Source: Clostridia bacterium (lineage in GTDB: Bacteria > Bacillota > Clostridia > TANB77 > CAG-465). Taken from it: a stretch of DNA of 64,000 nucleotides. This document shows, piece after piece, positions 40,008 to 48,784 of the stretch. The notes beneath the pieces were generated by a model, which saw only the letters and a list, made by a program, of their open reading frames with translations, was not told the DNA's origin and did not search any database. The position numbers were made by a program, and so were the translations under genes. The DNA lies in contig JAGAIU010000015.1 in the NCBI GenBank assembly GCA_017626395.1, positions 3,746-67,745 of the forward strand. The letters are read 5' to 3'. Within the stretch, counting starts at the first letter, position 1. Each line of letters opens with the position of its first letter.

Positions 40008-41831
40008 ATGGAAGAATTAAAAAATCTCAATTCCTTAAAAGATATAATAAATGTAAGATTTGATCTTTTTAAAGATAAAGTCGCTTTTATTGAAAAAGAT
40101 GCGGATCATAAAGAGTTTGAACATATTAAATATAGTCAAATAAAGGAAAAAATTAATGGTTTGGGAACGTATATGCTAAAGGAACTTAACCTAAAAGGTG
40201 AGAAAGTAGCTGTAATAGGTGAAAATTCATACAGATGGTATGTGACATATATGGCTGTTGCATGTGGAGTAGGCATAATTGTACCACTAGATAAAGGGTT
40301 ACCAGAACATGAAATTTTAAATTTATTACAAAGATCAGGGGCTAAAGCGATAGTATATTCATCTAGAAAAAAAGATGAAATTAACTCTCTGAAAAAAGAT
40401 TTATCTAAAGATATGATATATATAGAAATGAACAAGAAAGAGTCAGATGAAGAATCCATTGCTTTTGATAGAATAATTGAAAAAGGCATAAAGATGGTAG
40501 ATTCTGGCGATAGAACATATATTGATGCTCAAATAGATAGAGAAGCTTTTAGTATATTGTTATTTACATCTGGTACATCAGCATCTGCTAAAGGTGTTAT
40601 GCTTAGTCATAAAAATCTATGTTCTAATATATATTCTTGTTCATGTGTAGTACCAACTTTTGGAGATTATACATGTTTATCTCTATTACCTATACATCAT
40701 ACATATGAGTTTACGTTAGATTATTTATTTATGACAGCTGTCGGTGCAACAATAGGTGTATGTCAAGGATTAAAATATATAACTAAAGACTTAAAAGAAA
40801 TAAAGCCAGATTTTATTCTTGCGGTTCCAGCAATTATTGAAAGATTTAACCAAGTAATTGAGAAAGGAATCAAAGAAACTGGAAAAGAAAGTACAATTAA
40901 AACTATAAAAACAATAGCAAATGGCTTTAGTAGATTGGGTCTGGATTTTAGAAGAAAAATATTTGCTAAAATACAAGAGAATTTTGGTGGCAACTTAAAA
41001 TATTTATTCTGTGGAGCGGCTCCACTAGATCCAGAGTTAATTACTAAAATGGAGGGATATGGATTTAAGTTCTTGCAGGGATATGGGCTAACAGAAACAT
41101 CTCCACTTGTCACTGGTACATCTTTAAAGTGTGATGCATCAGGAACAGTTGGAAAAGCTGTTGAAGGTGTAGAAGTTAGAATAGATTTAAGTAAAAATGA
41201 AGATGAGAACAGTAACATTGGTGAAATTATAGTAAAAGGTGACAATGTAATGCTAGGTTACTATGAAGATGAAGAAGCAACTAAAAAAGTTATGAAAAAA
41301 AGTTGGTTCTATACTGGGGACTTAGGCTATTTTGACCTAAGAGGTAACTTAGTTATTACAGGTAGAACAAAAAATGTTATAGTTACAGCTAATGGTAAAA
41401 ATATATATCCAGAGGAACTAGAAAATCTTTTAAATAAAATGCCTCTTATAGCTGAATCTATGGTATATGGTAAAAGAGTATCTAAAACATCTAAAGACGT
41501 AATTGTTGCTGCAAGAGTTACTTTAGATAATGCTGTTTTAGAAGGAGAATTTGGAGAAAATATACCATCAGATGATAAACTGTATAATATGATTTTTGAA
41601 GATATTAAAAAAATTAATAGAATGATGGTATCATATAAAGCTATAAAAGAACTTGAGATAAAAAAAGACGATTTTGAGAAAACTACAACTATGAAAATAA
41701 AAAGATATGCTGAATTAGAAAATTCTAATTACGATAATATGATAACAACTGAATCTGTTAATAAAATAAAAGCTTCACAAAAGAAAGAGAAAAGAAAAGT
41801 AGTTAATGTGGAAGCAAAAAAGAAAAAATAA
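40008..41831 (+). CDS. AMP-dependent synthetase/ligase (long-chain fatty acid--CoA ligase-like)
   Basis: AMP-binding motif LFTSGTSASAKGVMLSHKN, then YGLTETS and a ...GD...KIKRY...-like C-terminus. Confidence 0.8.
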   Translation: MEELKNLNSLKDIINVRFDLFKDKVAFIEKDADHKEFEHIKYSQIKEKINGLGTYMLKELNLKGEKVAVIGENSYRWYVTYMAVACGVGIIVPLDKGLPEHEILNLLQRSGAKAIVYSSRKKDEINSLKKDLSKDMIYIEMNKKESDEESIAFDRIIEKGIKMVDSGDRTYIDAQIDREAFSILLFTSGTSASAKGVMLSHKNLCSNIYSCSCVVPTFGDYTCLSLLPIHHTYEFTLDYLFMTAVGATIGVCQGLKYITKDLKEIKPDFILAVPAIIERFNQVIEKGIKETGKESTIKTIKTIANGFSRLGLDFRRKIFAKIQENFGGNLKYLFCGAAPLDPELITKMEGYGFKFLQGYGLTETSPLVTGTSLKCDASGTVGKAVEGVEVRIDLSKNEDENSNIGEIIVKGDNVMLGYYEDEEATKKVMKKSWFYTGDLGYFDLRGNLVITGRTKNVIVTANGKNIYPEELENLLNKMPLIAESMVYGKRVSKTSKDVIVAARVTLDNAVLEGEFGENIPSDDKLYNMIFEDIKKINRMMVSYKAIKELEIKKDDFEKTTTMKIKRYAELENSNYDNMITTESVNKIKASQKKEKRKVVNVEAKKKK

Positions 41832-41839
41832 TAAATAAA

Positions 41840-41873
41840 AAGCTCTGAATATTTAAGATTCAGAGCTTTTTTT
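41840..41873 (+). terminator. intrinsic terminator
   Basis: AGCTCTGAAT-ATTTAAGA-TTCAGAGCT followed by TTTTTT. Confidence 0.75.
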
Positions 41874-41925
41874 AAATAAGAGTCGCTTTAAAATATAATT
41901 ATTAAAAAATACAAATATAACTACT

Positions 41926-41953
41926 TGACAGATATTAGTTAATTCATATAATA
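41926..41953 (+). promoter_or_regulatory. consensus sigma-A promoter for the small-peptide mRNA
   Basis: TTGACA-16 nt-TATAAT. Confidence 0.5.
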
Positions 41954-42145
41954 GAATTATCTCGACATCTTGAATTTATCGAGACACTTATATTATAAAT
42001 TCTAAACACTTTAAAGTCAATGAAATTTACTTAAAAACTGGCACTTTTCATCGCAAAAAACAACATAAAAATAGATACAAAATTATTTTGAATTCAAAGA
42101 TTAAAATAGTATAGTTATTTCACTCCGAAAGGAGGTGAAATCTTA

Positions 42146-42214
42146 ATGGAGACACTAGTAATTGTGTTATTTCTTATGATAGTTCTTGTAGAAGAATTAA
42201 AAAGTATGAAGTAA
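42146..42214 (+). CDS. 22-aa hydrophobic peptide (METLVIVLFLMIVLVEELKSMK), candidate type I toxin-like membrane peptide
   Basis: Strong RBS GGAGGTGA 7 nt upstream. The SD is embedded in the hairpin AUUUCACUCC-GAAA-GGAGGUGAAAU (42117-42141). A ~190-nt 5' UTR and its own terminator. Confidence 0.4.
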   Translation: METLVIVLFLMIVLVEELKSMK

Positions 42215-42346
42215 ATAAAAAAGTAGTTAGAACTGGGATTCTAACTACTTTTTTATAAAATAAATTTAATTATTTTATATACTCCTTAGTGGAAACACTA
42301 ATACTAAGTAACTATATTATAACATTTTAATGCTTTAAAGTCAATT
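42212..42346 (-). ncRNA. candidate antisense/convergent small RNA (about 95 nt) driven by a consensus promoter and ending at the shared terminator
   Basis: Minus strand. TTGACT-17-TATAAT (-10 at 42316-42321). The transcript runs to the 42222-42255 hairpin plus U-tract. It contains no ORF. Confidence 0.35.
42222..42255. terminator. bidirectional intrinsic terminator shared by convergent transcripts
   Basis: AGTAGTTAGAA-CTGGGA-TTCTAACTACT flanked by A9 upstream and T6 downstream. Confidence 0.7.
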
Positions 42347-42477
42347 AAAAGCATTGATAAATCAATGCTTTTTAATCGCAAATAAAGCTATAAAATATAG
42401 TTGTGTATATTTTATGTATGTGTATAAATTATATTCAAAAATATAACAAAAAAACTAGCTAAAAAGCTAGTTTAATT

Positions 42478-42553
42478 TGGTGCCCCTTCGGGGGCTCGAA
42501 CCCCGGACAAACTGCTTAAGAGGCAGCTGCTCTACCGACTGAGCTAAAAGGAC
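42478..42553 (-). tRNA. tRNA-Lys (anticodon CTT), CCA encoded
   Basis: The reverse complement folds as a cloverleaf: UAGCUCAGUCGGUAGAGCA D-arm, anticodon loop CUCUUAA, T-arm GGGGUUCGAGCCCC. The acceptor stem GUCCUUU/AAGGGGC contains two G-U pairs. Confidence 0.7.
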
Positions 42554-42681
42554 ACGTTTTTGATACATTTAGTATTATAACAAAAAAATATTTAAAAGTA
42601 AATATTTTATGAAAAAAATTTAAAAATCTATAGTATTTTAAAAGTATATGATATACTATAAATGTGACAGGAGGAACTACT

Positions 42682-43239
42682 ATGCAAGATGAAATTTTTA
42701 AATATGGAATTGTAGTAGGGAGATTTCAACATATACATATTGGACATGAAAAATTAATAAATATAGGACTTAAAATATGTGAAAAATTATTAGTATATAT
42801 AACAGTATCGGATAAAGGTGAAAATGAAAAAAATCCATATACTTATGAGTATAGAAAATCACTACTAGAAATAATATATAAAGAAGAAGTAGAAAAAGGT
42901 AAATTAATTATTTCACCAATAAATGACTTGGCTGTCTTAGATACTAATTGGGGAAAAGAAGTACTAGAAAATGCTAAAACTATTTTGAGTGAATATCCAA
43001 ATTGTATTATTTATGGTAAAGATAAAAATATTTTAAAGTGTTTTCCAAAGGATATGGTAGATAATTTAACAGAAGTTTATGTAGATAGAAATTCTCTTGC
43101 AATTTCTGCAACAAAAATGAGAGAATATTTATTAGAAAATAATGAACAAGAATGGAAAAAATATACTAATCCTAAAATATATAATAAGTATAAAGAACTA
43201 AAAAATAAATTGGAGGAATTTTATTGTAAAAAATTTTGA
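42682..43239 (+). CDS. cytidylyltransferase-like nucleotidyltransferase (nicotinamide-nucleotide adenylyltransferase-like)
   Basis: (H/T)xGH motif GRFQHIHIGH. About 185 aa. Start at ATG 42682 after an AGGAGG RBS. Confidence 0.5.
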   Translation: MQDEIFKYGIVVGRFQHIHIGHEKLINIGLKICEKLLVYITVSDKGENEKNPYTYEYRKSLLEIIYKEEVEKGKLIISPINDLAVLDTNWGKEVLENAKTILSEYPNCIIYGKDKNILKCFPKDMVDNLTEVYVDRNSLAISATKMREYLLENNEQEWKKYTNPKIYNKYKELKNKLEEFYCKKF

Positions 43240-43292
43240 CTTGTGATATTATGAGCATATGAGGAAAAAAGATTTTGTAGGAGGTAGATATA

Positions 43293-44603
43293 ATGCAAGC
43301 AGTTTTTTTAGAAGATGAAGGTGTAAAACAGTTTATAACTGAAGATGAATATGCAAAAATGTGCAAAAAAATTGAAAAAGCACATGATATGTTGGAAAAG
43401 AAAAATGGAAAAGGTAAAGAAATGCTAGGATGGCTTGATTTACCTGCAAATAGAGATGAAGAAGAAATCGAAAGAATCAAAGTTTGTGCAGAAAGAATAA
43501 AAAAGCAAGCTGATGTTTTTATTGTAATTGGAATAGGTGGTTCATATTTAGGAGCTAAAGCAATTATTGATCTTTTTGATAATACATTTGCAAATTTACA
43601 ATCATATTCAGAAAGAAAACATCCACAAATTATATTTGCTGGAAATAATTTAAGTGGTAAATATTTAAGAAATCTAGTTGAATATCTTGAAGATAAAGAT
43701 TTTGCTATAAATGTAATATCTAAATCTGGTTCAACATTAGAACCTGCGGTTACATTTAGAACTTTAAAAGTTGTATTAGAACAAAAATATGGTAAAGTAT
43801 TAGCTGCTTCAAGAATATATGTAACAACAGATCCTGAAAAAGGAATTTTACATGACTATGCTGTAAAAAATGAATATGAAATGTTTAAAATACCTAGAAA
43901 TGTTGGTGGAAGATATTCTGTTTTAACTGCAGTAGGATTATTACCAATGGCAGTTGCAAATATTAATTTTGAAGATGTTTTAGATGGTGCACAATTTGCA
44001 TCTTTTGTATTTAATAATAGGGAAGTTTCAAATAATGATTGCTATAAATATGCAGCTTACAGAAATATACTGAGAGAAAAAGAAAAAGATATTGAAATAC
44101 TTGCAAGCTATGAGCCAAGTTTTCAATACTTTATTGAATGGTATAAACAGTTATTTGGAGAGAGTGAAGGAAAAGATGGAAAAGGAATTTTCCCTGCTGG
44201 TGTAAATCTTACAACAGATCTTCATTCAATGGGACAATTAATACAAGATGGTAAAAGAAATATATTTGAAACAGTATTAAATGTCCAAGTAGACAGAAGT
44301 TTAACATATTTACCAGAATTAGAAGAAAATTTTGATAATTTAAATTATTTAGCTGGTAAAGAAATAGATTATATAAACAAACAAGCATTCAAAGGAACTT
44401 TAAAAGCTCACATAGATGGTAATGTTCCAACTATGGTAATTAATTTAGAAGATTTAACTGAATATAATGTAGGGCAACTTATATATTTCTTTGAAAAGGC
44501 ATGTGCAATAAGTGGCTATGTATTAGGAGTTAATCCATTTGATCAACCTGGTGTTGAAGCATATAAAAAGAATATGTTAAGTCTTTTAAAAGAAGAGGAA
44601 TAA
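43293..44603 (+). CDS. pgi: glucose-6-phosphate isomerase
   Basis: Firmicute-type PGI of about 440 aa with motifs GIGGSYLG, SKSGSTLEP and GESEGK. Confidence 0.85.
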   Translation: MQAVFLEDEGVKQFITEDEYAKMCKKIEKAHDMLEKKNGKGKEMLGWLDLPANRDEEEIERIKVCAERIKKQADVFIVIGIGGSYLGAKAIIDLFDNTFANLQSYSERKHPQIIFAGNNLSGKYLRNLVEYLEDKDFAINVISKSGSTLEPAVTFRTLKVVLEQKYGKVLAASRIYVTTDPEKGILHDYAVKNEYEMFKIPRNVGGRYSVLTAVGLLPMAVANINFEDVLDGAQFASFVFNNREVSNNDCYKYAAYRNILREKEKDIEILASYEPSFQYFIEWYKQLFGESEGKDGKGIFPAGVNLTTDLHSMGQLIQDGKRNIFETVLNVQVDRSLTYLPELEENFDNLNYLAGKEIDYINKQAFKGTLKAHIDGNVPTMVINLEDLTEYNVGQLIYFFEKACAISGYVLGVNPFDQPGVEAYKKNMLSLLKEEE

Positions 44604-44607
44604 TAAC

Positions 44608-45354
44608 ATGAAAAATATAAGTGTATTGAATTCCTTTGATATTAAGATTATAGCTTTAATTACTATGATAATTGATCATATAGGATATTTTTTCTATTAT
44701 GCATTAAGTAGTGATGTATATAATGTATGTAGAATAATTGGAAGATTATCTATGCCATTATTTGCTTTTTTAATATATCAAGGATTTACACATACTAGTG
44801 ATTTTAAAAAATATTTAAAAAGATTAATGCTATTAGCTTTAATAACCCAGCTTATTGTTATAGGGATAGGAATATTTTCTAGTATTCTTGTGCCACAGTA
44901 TAATGTGATATTTTATAAAGAATTAAATATAGTTTTTTCTTTTTGCTTATCATTGGTATTATTAAAAGTAATAGATAAATATGTAAATATTGAAAAGAAA
45001 AGCTTTAAGAATACTATTGTATTTTCTTTAGTAATAATATCATTTGCTATTTTATATTTGATTTTGAATATAGATTATGGATTACTTGTTCCTGCTATAT
45101 TAGTTAGTATGTATATATATGACAAATATATAGGAAAGTGTAGTAGAATATTTAAGATGCTTTATGGAATAATAACTATAGCTATATTCTTATTTATATA
45201 TCATGAAAGTCTTATAAAATTTAGTATTTTAGCAATAATACCTATGATATTATATAATGGAAAAAAAGGTGATGGAAATAAATACTTTTTTTATTGTTGT
45301 TATGTTATACAATTCATAGTTCTATATTTGTTAGGAATAATAATGTATATATAA
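44608..45354 (+). CDS. TraX-family membrane protein (F-pilin acetylase-like)
   Basis: IKIIALITMIIDHIGYFF matches the start of the TraX family. Polytopic. A 4-nt gap separates it from pgi. Confidence 0.55.
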   Translation: MKNISVLNSFDIKIIALITMIIDHIGYFFYYALSSDVYNVCRIIGRLSMPLFAFLIYQGFTHTSDFKKYLKRLMLLALITQLIVIGIGIFSSILVPQYNVIFYKELNIVFSFCLSLVLLKVIDKYVNIEKKSFKNTIVFSLVIISFAILYLILNIDYGLLVPAILVSMYIYDKYIGKCSRIFKMLYGIITIAIFLFIYHESLIKFSILAIIPMILYNGKKGDGNKYFFYCCYVIQFIVLYLLGIIMYI

Positions 45355-45479
45355 TGAAACGTTTACATAAATGTTTACAAATTAAAATTATTGTGATATA
45401 ATGTCAATATCGCAGTAATTTTTTTTACGATTAAAACATAAGATTAAATATATAAAAGAACACAAGGAGGAACAAAATA

Positions 45480-46094
45480 GTGGAAAATTATATGGAGAAT
45501 AATAGTGTTATAATAGGTGGAGAAATTGTTGAAGGAATAGAGTTTAGTCATGAAATATATGACGAAAAATTTTATAAATTTTCAATATTGACTAAAAGAT
45601 TAAGCGAATATGAGGACGTATTACCTGTTATAGTTTCTGAAAGATTAATAAATTTAGATGAAATACAAGTAGGTAAAATTGTTAGAATTGAAGGTCAATT
45701 TAGATCATATAATATGCAAACAGAAACTAAAAACAAATTAGTTTTATCTATCTTTGTAAAAGAAATAGAATTTGCTGAGTCGGATGTTATGACTTTAAAT
45801 GATGCTAATTTTGTGGGATATATTTGTAAAGCACCTATTTATAGAAAGACTCCTTTAGGAAGAGAAATAGCAGATGTTTTAATTGCTGTAAATAGAACGT
45901 ATAAAAAATCAGATTACATTCCTTGTATATTATGGGGAAGAAATGCTAAATTTTGTGAAAATATAGAAGTAGGAACTCTAGTAAAAGTAAATGGAAGAAT
46001 TCAGTCTAGAGCATACGAGAAAAAACTTGAAAATGGTGAAATATTAAAAAAAGTTGCTTATGAAGTATCAGTATCAAAATTTGCGAAATCTTAA
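45480..46094 (+). CDS. SSB-like OB-fold protein (putative single-stranded DNA-binding protein)
   Basis: The C-terminal half (ILWGRNAKF...VNGRIQSRAYEKK) resembles an SSB OB-fold core. It lacks an acidic tail. Confidence 0.4.
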   Translation: MENYMENNSVIIGGEIVEGIEFSHEIYDEKFYKFSILTKRLSEYEDVLPVIVSERLINLDEIQVGKIVRIEGQFRSYNMQTETKNKLVLSIFVKEIEFAESDVMTLNDANFVGYICKAPIYRKTPLGREIADVLIAVNRTYKKSDYIPCILWGRNAKFCENIEVGTLVKVNGRIQSRAYEKKLENGEILKKVAYEVSVSKFAKS

Positions 46095-46126
46095 TAATTA
46101 CAACAGTCTAGAAATGGGCTGTTTTT

Positions 46127-46642
46127 TCATTGCAAAAATTCTAAAGGATTAATACTAATCTCACCTTTAAATATTGAAAAGTGTAAATGTGGACCAGTAG
46201 TATTTCCATTCATAATACCACTAGATAAATATTTGGGACCAACATACCCAATAACATCTCCTGTATTTACATATTGACCAGCTTCAACAATAAAATTTTC
46301 AGATAAATGACAATATAAACTTTTTAAATCATCGTTATGAGATATAATTATTGTATTACCATAACCATCTTCTAAAAATGCTGCATATTCTATATATCCA
46401 GAATTGGTAGCGAATACTTCGCTATTCATTGGTGCTAAAAAATCTATACCATTATGAAAATTAGAAGTGCCATACATTTCTCTATTTCCATAGTATGAAG
46501 AAATGGCTGTATATTCAGTAGGATATTGGAATTCTAAACTATTTGAAGTACTATTTAAATTGAGTAATATAAGCATAACATAAAGAAAAGATAATAATAA
46601 AATCATTAAATCACCCCTTGATATAATACATACTTTTAGCAA
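46127..46642 (-). CDS. M23-family peptidoglycan metalloendopeptidase
   Basis: HNGIDF...GNTIIISHND...TGPHLHFSI, a LytM/M23 signature. N-terminal signal anchor. Confidence 0.75.
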   Translation of the reverse strand: MLKVCIISRGDLMILLLSFLYVMLILLNLNSTSNSLEFQYPTEYTAISSYYGNREMYGTSNFHNGIDFLAPMNSEVFATNSGYIEYAAFLEDGYGNTIIISHNDDLKSLYCHLSENFIVEAGQYVNTGDVIGYVGPKYLSSGIMNGNTTGPHLHFSIFKGEISINPLEFLQ

Positions 46643-46794
46643 TGAAGTAAAGAAAAAATAGCTTCAAAAAAGTGGCAAAATTTGCAAAAATGTACATAAA
46701 AAAGTATGCTTAAAGCTTAAAAAGTACACAAAACTATTGATTATTGCTCCAAATTTTGGTATAATTATATTAGGAAAAAAGGAGGGAGTTTATA

Positions 46795-47142
46795 ATGAAA
46801 AAATTTATGTTAAGAGTTATGCCAATAATCATGGTTTTACTTGTTGTAGTAGCTACTCCAGTATTTGCTTTAGATTTAAATGAAACTTTTAATAATAATA
46901 ATGCTGGTGGTTCTAATACTGCTAACAGAATTATAAACAACGTTTGGGGTACTGTTTTATTAGTATTACAAATACTAGCAGTTGCTGCTATCGTATTTGC
47001 CGGTGTAAAATATATGTTCGCTGGTGCTGATGAAAAAGCTACTATTAAAAACGGTTTATTAGTTTTAGCAATAGGTGCTATATTGGTATTCGGTGCTTCT
47101 ACAGTTGTTAAATTATTAATGGATGTAGTAAGTGAAGTTTAA
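46795..47142 (+). CDS. TrbC/VirB2-like T4SS pilin candidate 1
   Basis: Signal peptide (cleavage near VFA-LD) followed by two hydrophobic helices that flank GVKYMFAGADEKA. 115 aa. Own RBS and terminator. Confidence 0.5.
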   Translation: MKKFMLRVMPIIMVLLVVVATPVFALDLNETFNNNNAGGSNTANRIINNVWGTVLLVLQILAVAAIVFAGVKYMFAGADEKATIKNGLLVLAIGAILVFGASTVVKLLMDVVSEV

Positions 47143-47160
47143 TCCGAAAAAAAATTAAAA

Positions 47161-47188
47161 AATCAGGTGTAAAAGCCTGATTTTTTTT
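47161..47188 (+). terminator. intrinsic terminator between pilin genes 1 and 2
   Basis: AATCAGG-TGTAAAAG-CCTGATT followed by TTTTTTTT. Confidence 0.7.
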
Positions 47189-47248
47189 CATATATATGAT
47201 ATAATATAATTAATATAGATATGTTCTATGGAAAGGGAGGAAAAAAGT

Positions 47249-47641
47249 ATGAAATTAAATAAAATAATTACAGCTTTAGTTTTTGTGATAGTAATTGGTA
47301 TAAGTTCTAAAATAGTATGTGCAACTGATGGATTTGATGCTAACATTCTAAACGAAATTAATGTTAATGTAAATTCAACTCCGAAATACAATGAATTGAA
47401 TAATCTTAGAAATAATGTTTTAGGAATTATTATAACAGTAATGCAAATGTTATCAGTATTTGGAATTGTTTTCTGTGGTATAAAATACATGTATGCTGGA
47501 GCGGATCAAAAAGCACAACTAAAAAAAGGTTTAGCAGGTTTAGCAATTGGATGTATTATTGTATTTAGTGGAGCAACTATATCTAAATATGTATTAGATA
47601 TATTCTCTGATTTTAATACGAATTACGTAAATACTCCATAA
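47249..47641 (+). CDS. TrbC/VirB2-like T4SS pilin candidate 2
   Basis: Signal peptide followed by helix-GIKYMYAGADQKA-helix. Start at ATG 47249 after a GGGAGG RBS. Confidence 0.5.
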   Translation: MKLNKIITALVFVIVIGISSKIVCATDGFDANILNEINVNVNSTPKYNELNNLRNNVLGIIITVMQMLSVFGIVFCGIKYMYAGADQKAQLKKGLAGLAIGCIIVFSGATISKYVLDIFSDFNTNYVNTP

Positions 47642-47750
47642 TCATTACAAAAATAATACTTGTTTGTTAAATTTTTGTTAAAGTTTTTATATGTATAGAA
47701 AAATATATAATAATAAATTATAATTTTAATATGGAAAGGTGTGAGAAAAA

Positions 47751-48365
47751 ATGAAAAAAGCAATAAAAACATTAAGAAATATAGTATGTTGCTTTATACT
47801 TTTGATGATAGTAAGTACAACTTTTTCTCCTGTATATGCTGGATTTTTTGAAGATGCGAGTAAATGGTGGGATAAAGGTGGTACAGATGCTGGAATGTCA
47901 AATGCAATGTCAAGCATTACAAGTGAGATAGGTGACTATGTAAGAATCGTTGGAACAGTAGTTATAGTTATTGCAACAATAGTACTAGGTGTAAGATATA
48001 TTTTCGCAAGTGCTGAAGGAAAGACAGCTGCAAAAGAAAATGCAATGAATTTACTGGTAGCATGTATATTATTCTTTGGATGGTCTAACATAAGTAAATT
48101 GTTGTACACTGGTACAGAGTTCGCTTTTCATGCTAATACATTTGAAAGTGCTGTAGGTACAGTATTTGCAGTATTTAAATTTTTAGCAGAAGCAATCGCT
48201 TTAGTGGGAATACTATATGTTGGTATAAAATATATTTTTGCAGGAGCAGAAGGAAAAGCAGATTTAAAAAGCAAATCATTTCCTTTCATCATTGGTATAA
48301 TTTTAACATTTGCTGCAGTTGAAGTTCTAAATATTATATCAAATATAATTACTGAAACTGTTTAA
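47751..48365 (+). CDS. tandem-duplicated TrbC/VirB2-like pilin candidate 3 (two pilin modules in one ORF)
   Basis: Two repeats of the helix-loop-helix module: GVRYIFASAEGKTA and GIKYIFAGAEGKAD. Confidence 0.45.
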   Translation: MKKAIKTLRNIVCCFILLMIVSTTFSPVYAGFFEDASKWWDKGGTDAGMSNAMSSITSEIGDYVRIVGTVVIVIATIVLGVRYIFASAEGKTAAKENAMNLLVACILFFGWSNISKLLYTGTEFAFHANTFESAVGTVFAVFKFLAEAIALVGILYVGIKYIFAGAEGKADLKSKSFPFIIGIILTFAAVEVLNIISNIITETV

Positions 48366-48388
48366 GTTTAATAGTATAGGAGGTTTAT

Positions 48389-48784
48389 ATGGGAAATTCA
48401 TATTTTGTCCCAAGAAATGTAAAAGGCGAAAGTAGAATACTATATATATTTACGATGAAGTCTTTTATATTCACATTGGCTGCGGGAGTTGTTGGTATTG
48501 GTGTTTGGTTTTTAATCTCTAGTCTATTTGCCATAGATAGTCTCGTAGCTATGTTGATTTGTGTGGCAATTTTCGCTGTTATTGGATATCTCTTGGGAGC
48601 GTTAAAAATTCCAGATTCACCGATAATGGGGATTTTTAGAAAAGCTGGTGGAGAATATTTAAGTGATATAATTCTTAGATTTATTACTTTTGGTGGAAAA
48701 AAGAAAATTTATTTGTATAATTACAACAGGGAAAAAAGTGTTACGGAAGAAATGCAAGCTGATAAAAAGGAGGCAAGAAAGTAG
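48389..48784 (+). CDS. PrgI/VirB3-like small membrane protein
   Basis: 131 aa with two central TM helices, immediately upstream of the VirB4-like ATPase region. Confidence 0.4.
   Translation: MGNSYFVPRNVKGESRILYIFTMKSFIFTLAAGVVGIGVWFLISSLFAIDSLVAMLICVAIFAVIGYLLGALKIPDSPIMGIFRKAGGEYLSDIILRFITFGGKKKIYLYNYNREKSVTEEMQADKKEARK

Noticed and set aside
42256-42477. A mobile element integrated at tRNA-Lys.
   Set aside because: No integrase/recombinase gene and no direct repeat of the tRNA 3' end were found. The adjacent region is short (about 600 bp) and is explained by the small-peptide/sRNA locus.
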